DNA of 64,000 nt from Euprymna scolopes (lineage: Eukaryota), in assembly GCA_053919585.1 (NCBI GenBank), contig CM132798.1, one strand, 5' to 3'. The notes below the pieces were generated by a model that worked only from the letters and a program-made list of their open reading frames with translations, ran no database searches and was not told the DNA's origin. The position numbers were made by a program, and so were the translations under genes. Below are positions 38,700 through 50,163 of the stretch, one piece after another (position 1 is the first letter of the stretch; the number at the start of each line of letters is the position of its first letter).

Positions 38700-38975
38700 T
38701 TGTATTACTTGTATTGATCGAACTATTGTTTTCATCTTGAGTGTTATTTGTGCAACGTTTCAGTAGTAGGTACCTCCATTTGTCAACCAATATTTTTTCA
38801 CACGTACGAAACAACGCAAAACAACCCCAGGAATACGAAACTATCTACGAAGCTAGTAACTTTTCTCGTTCCTTTTCCAAGATGGCGACCAACATGTCTG
38901 ACGAAAGTCGAAATCTACATTGCACAAATAACAATAAATATGAGAACAACAGTCCGATCATAACAAGTAATACAA
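38700..38975. mobile_element. MITE-like inverted repeat
   Basis: TTGTATTACTTG..GTTATTTGTGCAA pairs with TTGCACAAATAAC..CAAGTAATACAA. Confidence 0.65.
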
Positions 38976-39002
38976 TACTCTAATCTGTTCCCTACTATCA
39001 TA

Positions 39003-39340
39003 TGGCCCTGTCGGTGGGGCATTAGAATACGCCGACTGCCCCCCTGCAGAGGATAAAAGTCCCTCAATGGGGGTCTTGGATATGACCTTAAACTATATCC
39101 AGTGGTGAGGCCCCAGCTTGTGGGCTTTGGGGAGTGTGGAGCTACCCTTTAATTACCATTGCTCCCAGGTCCACTCTGACCCGGAGTGGTAGTACCTGTT
39201 AGGGTCCCAACTATGGGTTAAATAGTGAAAACAACAAATATATTCTATTAAAAATGTTTTTCTTCAAAATCTTTGGATTCGGCAATAAATAACCCGTAAA
39301 GGATTGATATGCCGTAAAACAAAAAGAACCAACCAACCAA
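39003..39340 (+). mobile_element. (AACC)n-tailed SINE-like retroposon, long form
   Basis: Has about 70 extra 5' bases. 12-bp TSD CCTACTATCATA (38991-39002, 39341-39352). Confidence 0.9.
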
Positions 39341-39350
39341 CCTACTATCA

Positions 39351-39626
39351 TACGGCACAATTACATTGAAATCACGGTTAGATCACCAAAGTTAAGCAAC
39401 GACGAGCTTGCCAGCACCAGGTGGGTGACCATTTGGGAATACAAGGCGCTGTATGTGCTCTCCGCTTATTTCGGTATTTTTTCCAGTCGTCCTAAGCTTA
39501 TATATTTGCACCTAGAAAAGAACTGTGCAAACTTTGGATATGTGTGGTTAGAGATTGCGCAACACTTGTCACAAAAATTTCACGTGCATCCACCCGTCAG
39601 TGGGTATCCATAGTCTGACAAGGGCC
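39351..39626 (+). mobile_element. 5S rRNA-derived SINE
   Basis: TACGGC..AAGTTAAGCAACGACGAG..GGTGGGTGACC..GGGAATAC plus the shared body and tail. Confidence 0.8.
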
Positions 39627-39924
39627 GTTTATTTTTAATCTGTCTCCTGCACGTCTTTGAGTTGAGGTCATATCTGTATTAAAAAGAAAGAGACATTACC
39701 ACGGTAAATTTTTTATGGTGTACACTTTTTTCATCTTCACCGTCTAACGCTCTCGGTGCTCTTCTACTCCTTCTCTTTCATTTTCTCCTTTATCTTTCTC
39801 GTTTTTTTTAATCTATCTCATATACGCTTTGTTTTTTATAGTTACATATGTATCAAAAAAGAAAAATCACCAGGATTGATTTTTCTTTTCAGGATGTACA
39901 CACTTTTCGTCTTAAATAAATAAA

Positions 39925-40090
39925 TAAAAAATTATTCAGCCCAAAACCAGGCATACTGCCACTTGAATATAAGGGACTACTCTATGGAGTAATTCTTACA
40001 GAGGCATGTAGGGAGTATAGCAGCAAGATATCTGTTTGCGTTACATTTAAATTTTTGCGCGTTAATATAGTAGAGAAGTGATAGGAAATA
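39925..40090 (-). mobile_element. LINE family B 3' tail, decayed
   Basis: QKFKCNANRYLAA matches QKFKCNVNRHLAA of ORF 55137-55364. Confidence 0.65.
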
Positions 40091-40189
40091 CCAAAAGTCT
40101 ACCAGATTGAGGATAATTTCTGTTTGTTTTTCTTGCAATCTGTTTTTTTTTTTTTTTTTTTTTTGGCGGGTCAATGGTTGAACGCTCTG

Positions 40190-40640
40190 TAAACGTAAAA
40201 ATATAAAAAGCAATTTGCCATAGTCGCGAACGTTTTCGACTTCCATGAGTCGTCTTCAGGCGAGTGATGAAATTAAAAATTGCGTTTGGTCAATTTATTG
40301 AAAAGTCGATTTAAATCGTTTAAAATCTTTAAAAGCACCTCAGCGTGAGTTCCCTCTCATATTAAGCCTGATTGATGGTCGGTTTGTTTATGTGAATGAG
40401 TAGGGCTTCAATGATAGGATGCATAGGTTACAATGTGAAACGATTAAATGGCGGTGTTTTTTATTCATATGTTTCTAAATTGATTTGGGGGGGGGGTGTC
40501 ATGTGCTACAAGGTGTTGGTAGATGGAGCTGTTAGGGGAAGACAGGTGACATGTTAGCCGGCAAGACATACTGTTTCTAGTTATGCCGATATACGAGTTG
40601 TTGTTGGAGGCATATTTTCCTATAGGACATTTAAAAGCCC
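40190..40640 (-). mobile_element. Penelope-like element 3' remnant: GIY-YIG endonuclease pseudogene plus terminal repeat region
   Basis: Minus translation FKCPIGKYASNNNSYIGITRNSMSCRLTCHLSSPNSSIYQHL (40635 to about 40510), then after a frameshift IEALLIHINKPTIN (about 40412-40371). These are hallmark PLE GIY-YIG motifs. Confidence 0.85.
40224..40263 (-). ncRNA. Minimal type I hammerhead ribozyme of the PLE terminal repeat
   Basis: TCGC CTGAAGA C GACT CATGGA AGTC GAAA ACGT TC^GCGA. Intact core, 4-bp stems I and II, palindromic stem III AACGTT. Confidence 0.85.
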
Positions 40641-41205
40641 CCTCCCCACAAACGACAATAAAATGTTATAGTATACCTTTCTTGTTGTTTCTTGGTTTTA
40701 AGATTTCAGAAACAAGAATTTATATAGTCTAGTGGAGTATCCAGCTTAGTGCTGTTATTTGTAGCAATATCACTTGAAGATTACCATTTTTCGTATAAGT
40801 AAGTATATAGGTATACTGAGAAAATCTTATTTGGGCTTTATTTAAAACGAATAGTGATAATTTTAAAAAAATCCTACAAATAAAAGATAACCATGTGCAA
40901 TTTTTAAATCAACGATTTATTTTTAAAAAGAATAATTTTTACAAAGTTTTTCAAAGACAAATGTTATATTACACTCATAGATACTCAAAATGTCGTCGGT
41001 GCACTTCACTGCAGCGTCAAACAACGATTTATTTTTACAACACCCACACGGCACCAATCCAAAGATAGTAATCGCGCATTTTATTCATGATCTAAGCTGA
41101 CCTTCAAATTTCCTGCTTTTCTAGCGACCACCCTGTAGTTGTAATGTAATAAACATAAAGGTGGCAGATTCTTAAGATTCTTGAAGTGTTTTCATAACAC
41201 AGAAT

Positions 41206-41633
41206 TCCAATTTATAAAACTCACTATGTCTCTATGTCTGTCTCCATATTTTCAAACTCTATCTCTTCCGAAACTAAAAGTCTCAGAGCAGCGGTAAGGA
41301 CCTCAAATGATTAGATTTTTTATGAACCGTTTTTTAGCCGGTTAAAATAATTTTTAAGGGGTCAAAATTTAAAAAATAAAATCGTTATACATTTTGTACA
41401 TTCATCCTAGTTTATTTTTTATTAGTTCATATGCGTGTTGCGTTGGTACAGTGGTAACGTCACCAGCTTTGAATGTTACATTTTAGCTTTCGATTCCAGC
41501 TGATGGCACCCCGATATTTTCTTTTTAACTTTTGAAATCACGGCTCTATAATATATATGAAATCTGGATAAATTAAAATATCATAGTTAAACGTATTTTA
41601 CGGTCAGGCAAAACCGGAGCCACCCTCCCCTAG
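41206..41633 (+). mobile_element. Helitron family H2, near full length
   Basis: TTTATAAAACTCACTATGTC start with a (TGTC) tract and a hairpin plus CTAG end. Inverted copy at 50164-50850. Confidence 0.7.
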
Positions 41634-41989
41634 TATAGAATATTTTTTAAGAGTTTACTTATTAAAGGAAGTATTTCCATGCCAGGTTATCCAGAAGAAC
41701 TCCTGTACATAGAGATCTTAGACACTCGATGGCAGTTTCTAGAGGACAGTTAAGTGCGTTAGGTTGTGTGTTCTTGAGCTAAAACATTCCATGCTTCCTA
41801 ACAGATCGGTACAGAGATTTAGTTTATTTCAACAAAGATTTCATCTACTGTAAATTAAAACGAGTAGCGATAAAAAATATCCTACAAATAAAAGATAACC
41901 TGGTGATAACAGATGCAGTGTAATGAACATAAACATGGCGGGTTTTCAAGATTCTTGACGTGTTTTCATAACACAGCATTCCACACATA

Positions 41990-42872
41990 CGAGGTGCCTT
42001 CAATAAGTTTCCAGACTTTTTTCGTATGGACAATTCTATTGATAATAAACACACAGAAAACTCCAGTCCCGTTCGAAGTAATCTCCTCCAGCTGAAATGC
42101 ATTTGTACCGTTTCAACAACTTCTGAGAAACACCATAGAAGTGCGAGACTCTCATCGCAGCCTCTGTAATCTGCTCAGTTGTATCATGAAGAGAGCTTCT
42201 AAGGTTTTACTTAAGCGTAGGGAATAACCAAATGTTACAGGGTGCATGGTCTGGACTCTATGGAGAGTGGGGATCTGCCTTGATGCCCATCTTGGTTAAA
42301 TAGTCTGTGACAATGGATGGAGTAGTAGACTGGTGTATTCGGGAAAATCTTCCGCATCTTCAGTTCCTCGTGAATAATTGTATGTACAGTTCCCACACTG
42401 ACATCAAACTGTGCACTTACTGTCTTTATAGACACACGATTGTCCTTATACATGAAATTCGTTATTTGGCAAATCAACTTTGGTCTTCTGACTTCCTTTT
42501 TCTTTTCACACTTCTCATTATCCCTCACAAACTCCCTGCTTTCAAAAAAACTGATGCCCGGTTCATGCAAGATGGCCCAAAAGCAGTCTGAATCATTCAA
42601 TACGTATTTGGAGCATTTTTCCAAGAAAACAGAATTGTATTGCATATTGTTCTTCTAAAGTGCCCTAAGGTTCAGATTGCATTTTTAACATTCACTATCT
42701 GTGACAACTAGGCTTTAGTAGGATGCATTCCAATGTCTGCTGTAGCTGTTCATTTAAATTTGAAATCATAAAAATGAGTCCATCTCATAAGATGTATAGC
42801 AATAACATACTGAATTTCCAATTTAAAATGTCTGTATAAAAAAAAGTGTGGGAACTTATTTTAAGGACCTCG
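41990..42872 (-). mobile_element. mariner family M1, internally deleted, both TIRs
   Basis: TA TSDs. TIRs CGAGGTGCCTTCAATAAGTTTCCA and TGGGAACTTATTTTAAGGACCTCG. ORF 42235-42645 carries the mariner HTH DNRVSIKTVSAQFDVSVGTVHTIIHEELKMRKI. Confidence 0.9.
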
Positions 42873-43489
42873 TATATATAATAATACAAAGGACGTTCCA
42901 AAAATAATGTAGCCTATTTTTTATTCTGCTTGAATAGATCAGAAGGGATCGCAAATATCATTTTTATGATGCCTAAACTTGTGCAATCATGGCCTGAAAA
43001 ATTCTTCTCTTTGTTGCATATGTTGACGGTGTAAGACCTTAATAAGGCAATTTTTGTTATAGACGTGCGTAAGAAGCAAAGATTCGCCAATTAATTCTTG
43101 GCAAAAGTGCATTGAGAATGGTAGTGACAATGTGGAAAATTAAATGTTAGGGCAAAAATGATCGTGCGTTTTAATGGTACCGCTTTCGTCTTCGTAGCTC
43201 TTCAACTTTTTAAGTTAAAACAAGTAAGAGGTTTTACTAATGGAACGATCCCTGTAAGAGAAAAAGTGAGAGTCGCAGTTAAGGTGCCAATATACGAATT
43301 TAGAAGGGAGGAAGAGAGACAGGAAGAGAAGAAGAATAGCCCGTTAGATTAAATTTCTGTTTTAATATATAAAAGGATTTTGTTTTTAGTTTATGTCTAT
43401 TTTGCTAAAGGGTACACTACTTCTCAAGATCCAATCAATGTCTGATCTTTGTGTATTCCCTATAGAAAGAAATGTTAGAATTTACATCT

Positions 43490-43507
43490 TCTAATATATA
43501 AAAGGCA

Positions 43508-43556
<49 letters not shown>

Positions 43557-43910
43557 ACAAAAAAACTTCCAATAGACGCGTCGGAACATGATCGAAATTC
43601 GAATCGTTTCAAAGATCCATGTCTCGGACGATAAATATCGAAAAATTGTGCAAAATTATTAATCTTTTTACCGTTAACTGGACGGTTATCTGCAAGGAGG
43701 CGTCAAGTTTTACTGTCAACATTTTTGCAAGTCATTCAAACCGCGCATGAACAACGTCGAATAAAACAGGCTACTTCTAACACCCGTGGCGCGATGGGCG
43801 CATCGATAATACCGTTTGCTTTTCTTTATCTTCTTTTCATTTGCGCGTTACGGGTTCGAGCCTGCCTTCTACTCCTAATTTTCTTTTTTTTTTGCGCTCG
43901 CACGGGTACT
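43490..43910 (+). mobile_element. Helitron H1-related fragment with (GT)n at 43511-43555
   Basis: TCTAATATATAAAAGG start. CGGACGATAAATATCGAAA and GGGTTCGAGCCTGCC are shared with 311-730. Confidence 0.6.
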
Positions 43911-44320
43911 CGCTGCAATTTTGAGTTGTTTTTATATTTTTAAATTTTAGGGCCTGGGTTACTCAATCAACTCCTTACACACATCTTTACACACGTAAAA
44001 TCTAAAAGTGTTTTCCTGTATAAAATTTAACGGAAAAGCAATGAAATTTTCCTTGAAACTCTTGTTATATTGTTATATTGTTATATCCGATTTTAATGGA
44101 ATTTAGATCCTTTGTGTCAAACACGAATTCAGGAAGTTTTGCAACATTTTAATTTCCTTTTTACTATATTGGGGGTCAAGACGGGTGTGTAGGGAAATAA
44201 AATAAAATAAACTAATATATATAAAACATAGTGTAAAATGTAATAGCAAACTAATCCTAAGCAAAACCCAGCATCACCAAACCAATAAAACCCAATTACC
44301 TAGAAAAATACTATAATGTA

Positions 44321-45876
44321 CATTGCTGATCAAAAATTTAAGACCACTTAAAAATCTTTAAAAAAAAACTTTTTTTTTTAAGGATAGATTTTAAACTCTT
44401 CCAACTTAAGGTTACCAATACTACAATCTAAAAGGTTATGGAAACAAAAAGCTACATTCCAAAGATTTATTTTTAAAATTTACATTTTTATTAAATTAAG
44501 CTTTTTACACATGATCAAAATTATAAGACCAGAGACAACAATTATATTAAATTGTATGAAAAGTGTATGAAAAATGTATGAAAACATTCAACAATCAAAC
44601 TTAATAAGTTCTACTTCCACTGCTTTTAATGAATTCAAAAACTTTTTGGCGCATGCTAGAAATTAGGGTTTCCATTAAGGTGCGGGGGATCCTGCTCCAG
44701 TTTCTGAAGATGTCTTCACAAAGATCATTTTTTGTTGAATATTGTTTGCCATTCCGATAAACCTCTCTTGTCATCTATCCCCAAACATTTTCAATTGGGT
44801 TCAAGTCCGGTGAGCATGCAGGATGTCCCAAGAGATGAACTTCATTTTCTTGTAGAAAGCTCAAGGTCCCTCTTGCAGTATGGATTGCAGCATTATTCTG
44901 TTGGAATAACCATCCATCCCCACATAAACGATGACCCTTCATCATCAAAGATGCTTTTTATAGCACGCTAACATAACCAGCTGCTTTCTGACGACCTTGA
45001 ACCACCTGGAGCTTCATCGTCCCTCTGTAAGAAAAGGCATTCCATACCATTACGGACCCTCCACCACTATGACTTGTGGAAAAAATTTCAAGGGGCATGT
45101 TTTTGTCATGCCATATCGCTGAAAGCCATCAGAACCATCTAATTTGAAATTTTTCTCTAATCAGAAAACAGGACTTTCTTTCACTTCTCAACGTCCCAGG
45201 TTTGGTATTCACGACCAAATCTTAAGCGGTCCACTTTAGGACGCGGAAGCAATGGAGGAATTTGTTTACATTTTTTATTTACCATGCCTTTTTTGTTGTA
45301 AGTGTCGTCTGATGGCTATTGGACTGCAATCAGCATCTGTAACAGCCTTACTTTGACTAGAAGAAAGTCCTCTGTCATTCATAACAACCCTGATTCTCCT
45401 ACTCAATGCAGGGGAATTTTTTTTTTTTGGTGGTGGGGGGCTACCAAAGGATTTTGCTTTTCCATAATTCTTAGTGTTCTTTAGAAAGTTGCAAATAACA
45501 GTTTTACTGTTATTTACTTTAGCTGCTATCGCTCGCTGTGACAAACCTTGCTTATGGAATCATAGAATTCGAGAGCGCTCAGCTTCGGTTAGTTTTCCAC
45601 CTTTACACAGTGATGGCTAATCTCTAACTGAACTAAAAGCAGTAGAATTACCATAAATCTAACAATTTATACACTTGGTCTTATAACTTTGATCACGTGT
45701 AAAAAGCCTAATTTAATAAAAATGCGAATTTTAAAACAAAATTTTTGGAATGTATCTTTTTTGTTTCCATAGATTGTAGTATAAGTAACCTTAAGTCGGA
45801 AGAGTTTAAAATATATCCTTTAAAAAAGTTTATTTTTAAAGATTTTTAAGTGGTCTTAAATTTTTGATCAGCAGTG
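44321..45876 (-). mobile_element. Full-length decayed Tc1/Tc3-like transposon with long IR-DR TIRs
   Basis: TA TSDs and about 210-bp TIRs with outer and inner TGATCAAAA..TAAGACCA repeats. Transposase remnants SQRAIAAKVNNSKTVICNFLK, FQQNNAAIH and ACSPDLNPIENVWG. Confidence 0.92.
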
Positions 45877-47441
45877 TATATCTTCTCTGTATATAATAAA
45901 GAAAAGACGATTATTCCCGTCTATAAAAAAATATAGTAAATGAAACGATGATGACACTTTATTCCAAAATGATCACGCTACCTTTCATTATCAATCGATT
46001 AAATAAAATATGCTGAATTCCTACAATAACTCCGATGAGAAGCATTTTCCCAAACAAATACGGCTTACAGGTGAAAGCAAAATACTTTCTCACTCATTTG
46101 TGCGTCCTTCTTCTCTCCCAGTTTACACAGTTACCAAATAATTCCTAACATTCAATTCTTACACGCGTTCGTAATTATTTCATTTTTTTTTCGTTTTATT
46201 AACAGTCGTCTAATACTTATTCAGTATAGAAATAATAAACGTTCCATTGAGTTTCGGGTTTTCTTTGCTTCCATCAATTTGATTGAGTGCTCAGATTCGT
46301 TCCGTTGTTGAACAGAATGAAGTTTTGGAACAATTTTAGAATTATTTAATTTCAAGATGGCGTTCGTCGTTGTTCGCTTCGATGCAAACATGTTTTCATA
46401 TCGCAACGAAACATAAATATTCTTCTTTTAGATTATTTCATTGAAGACAAAACAATACACAGACGTCAGTTTATCTTCACACATCGCCTTTTTATATGTA
46501 TTTTGTAATATCGCAGCAAAAACAATAGACTTAGTGCGTCTTTTTCCGTGGAAAGAAAATAAAACAAACACATGTTTAACTTCTCTTTTGATAATTATCT
46601 TTAACAACTTTTCTTATTATATCGCAACAAAAAAATGAACATCTTTTTCATTGAAGCAACTATTGACGTTCTACGAAAATGAAATAGCATTTCTTTCATA
46701 TCCATACCATTGAACGTCCTTTTTTTTTCGCACAATGAAAATAAAACAAAGCAGAGACGTAACTTCATTTTAACCATTTACATTTAAAACATTTTTGTCA
46801 TATCGCAACAAAATAAATACTACTTTTCGTACATTTTTGTCATATTGCAAGAATAATTTTTTTTTTTTGACGGAACTTGATTTTAATTCATAAATAAATC
46901 AATTTTAAGATTTTATTCCTACTTGTTAAGCAGATTTTCTTTTCTTTATTAGAGAATCTTTCTTATTTCTTTCACGAAAAATTACTATTATAGAGGAACT
47001 GTTTGATTAAGCATAAATAATATGTAGTGTGCTGTAGTCGTCACATGTCAACACTCGGGACACACATGTTTTAAGCATACAGTCACAATGAAACAAAGAC
47101 AAGGAAAAATTAAACTCACTTTTTTTTTAGGGAAACATCAGACATTTATTTACAGGTACTTTCCAGAATAACGCCTTGTCTTTTGTTCAAAAGTCCTATC
47201 GCACTCGAATCTGTTTAATAAGACTCTGTCCTGCTATGTCTATCACGCATCTTTTTTTCTGTCGCTCTTGGGTCCCTGCTTAACACATCTATTTCTGTCC
47301 TCTCTTATAATATTTTCTTTCCTCGCTATCCCATCATCTCATACACGGCTCGGTATTTGCATCTGTTAGCCGTTGCTGACGCCATCCGCGCTCTGTTACA
47401 ATAGTATATGTATTTTTCAATCTCTTTAGTTTTCTAATATA

Positions 47442-47560
47442 CTAGCAGGGGTGCCCGGCGTTGCTCGGGTGTTTGGAGGTGTATGTTGTGCAAAAAAAGC
47501 AAATAAACAAAAAAATGGTTCATTTTTTAAAACTTTGACCCCTATTATGACCCCTTAAAA
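47442..47560 (-). mobile_element. Helitron H1 3' end fragment
   Basis: CTAGCAGGGGTGCCCGGCGTTGCTCGGGTGTTTGGA matches 32109-32160. Confidence 0.7.
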
Positions 47561-47974
47561 TTTACAATAGTATATGTATTTTTCAATCTCTTTAGTTTTC
47601 TAATATATTATTATTTCAAATAAAATATAATATACTTGTTTCGCAACTTGTAGTATTAGATAAATAGGCAGAGAATCACATACAATGCATGTTTTATTCT
47701 ATTATAATTGACGACAACTGTACTTTTCCTGTTCATTTATAAAAAAATGAATATCGACACAATTTGAGCGTTAGTTTATTTTTACTAGACTTTTTAGCAA
47801 GACATGCATGTCTACACCTTCAAACTGGTGACGACATAGGAACGTTGTTTTAAGGTTTCAATAATGTAAATGCAATACCAAATACTTTCAGCATTTTAAG
47901 GTACTTGTTCCGGACAAATTTACCGTTAGCTTATTCTATTAGGCTGGTGCAAAAATAATGTTTTTTATCAGGTA

Positions 47975-48235
47975 TACATGCACCAAAAAACGACATTATC
48001 TTTGAACCAGGCTAATAGAAGGAATTATCAACATAGGAAAGATAGCGAAAACTTATGGGTGATCAGTTGGGAATACCAGACGCTGTCTGTGATCTCTGTA
48101 TATATCGGCATTGTCCTTGCCACCAGAATCAGGCAGTTAATACTCAGGAAAATATGGTTGGAGATTACGCAACTTTGTTTCACAATTAGACGCCGAGCTA
48201 CCTTTGCAGGTGCATCTAGTTTCTTCCAAGCCTGA
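47975..48235 (+). mobile_element. 5S-derived SINE, highly decayed
   Basis: ATGGGTGATCAGTTGGGAATACCAGACGCTGT (5S 3' part) and TGGTTGGAGATTACGCAAC (shared body). Confidence 0.6.
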
Positions 48236-50163
48236 ACGTAGGCATGATGACCTACAAAACAAGCATAACACGTTAAAATTCCTTGCTTTCTGTCTTTATC
48301 TGTCTACATAATCCACTTTAGATATTAAGTTTGAAATAATACATTTAAGTAAAACTTGGCTCTTGTCCTGTAATGATAACTGTCATGTTCAGTTCAACGG
48401 GTGTGATGAACGCCATCTTTTTCATAGACGAAGTCCTCAAGCATATTGAGTCACTAACAGCATCTCAGGAAAAGATTAGGCTACAGCTGTTGACCAGACG
48501 ACTATAGAGCATACACACCCACAAAACGCGGGTATGGCATACCGACCCACAGAAAGCGCGACAGATATACTTGAAGTAAGTGCAACAGATATACAGACTT
48601 AGGGAAAGTGTGATAAAATGCCCACCCACAGAAAGTGCGACAGATATACCCACTAATAAAAGGGTACTGACGTATTCACTCTTATTATTTTTAATGCTGA
48701 AGAATGAGTCCCCTTGCTGTTTTGGTTGCTTGGGGACTTGGATATAAAGTAGCAGTCAAGAGTCTGTCCTTGACAACTAGCCCGACAGGTGCGAGCCCAG
48801 AAACTGGCTCAGTACCTGTTAGACTGAGTTATGCCGCTTGGGTATTTACCTACGATATCAACCCTTCCTGGCCTTGCCACCCGGCTTTCGGGTAGAGCAA
48901 GTTCATAACTTTTTTGCCAGGGGCGCCCCTACCGGGAATGACGATGGGGATTCTCAAGAACTATAAACTAAGCCAGAGTGCCTTTCCTTTAGGGACGCTG
49001 GCTGGACATCCCCACTTTCTGACCTTGTGTCACTTCTTGTTGAGGTGGGCATCAAGTAAATATCTACTCACTCACAGAAAACGTTACTGACATACCTACT
49101 CGTAGAAAAAGCGACAGAAACCTAACCAACAGAAACATCCTTATAGACTTCATTAAACGCATTTAAAAAAATACAATGAACGCAGTGCCATTTTCCAATG
49201 GTTCACGGGTTATTTTTAGCAGAGAAATATTATCAACTTTGACCTTATGAACTTCCGGTCTTAATTATATTTTAAGACCGATAAACAAGAATCGTAAATT
49301 TGAATGGAAGTAAATATGGTCCAAATATAGCCTGACCTTTTGCAACATTGGATAAATCAAAGATAATTATACATGTCCAATTCCGTATCTGCACCGATTA
49401 AACACATTCGTGTAAAGATAAATATATTAATGGCGAAACATAAAATGGAGGAAGGAGGGAAAAGAATTGACTCATTTGTGAGGTTTGTTTTCTCAACGTC
49501 AAGATTATAGTGCTATGATTTTAGAACTCAGTTTGTTCGATGATGCCCGGCGAATCCTCTTTTTTTTTGTTGTATTTTACTCCAAAAACCGAGGTGCCAC
49601 TTGGTTTCTATGAGGTGCGTAGATATTAAGATATTCTATTAAAGTTTCCTTTTCTCTCTCAAAAGTTGAGTTAATAAAGTAGGGCACTTCTACACTATTG
49701 GGACGAAGATTTTCGGAAATCGTGAAACAGAATTTCACATAAAAACAATTGTATCTACTTATCCCTCGTAATTTTAAGATGATTATATCCAAAAATTACA
49801 AAAATCTATAAGGTAGAAAATTATTTATTTAAGAAAATAAAAAATAGAAGTTGATGAAAACATTCGTAAAACACAGGGGTAATTTTCCGTTTCGATTTTA
49901 AAAAAGATGGCGGCAATTTTTCACCTGCTAACACGATTGAAGTTTTTTTTAATAATTTAGTAATTGTCAGGTAATTTCGATTGCATAATTTGGAAGCTAC
50001 TATTGTAACTTATTAGAATTGACAAAAGAAAATCGGTTGAAACCATTGTTTTTTATCAGAAAACTCCATTTATGAGCTACAAAATCTCGTCCCAACTATG
50101 TAGAAGCGGCTAAAGCAGTTAGGAATAATATTTTTCTGCTACTTAATAATTATGTTATAGGAT

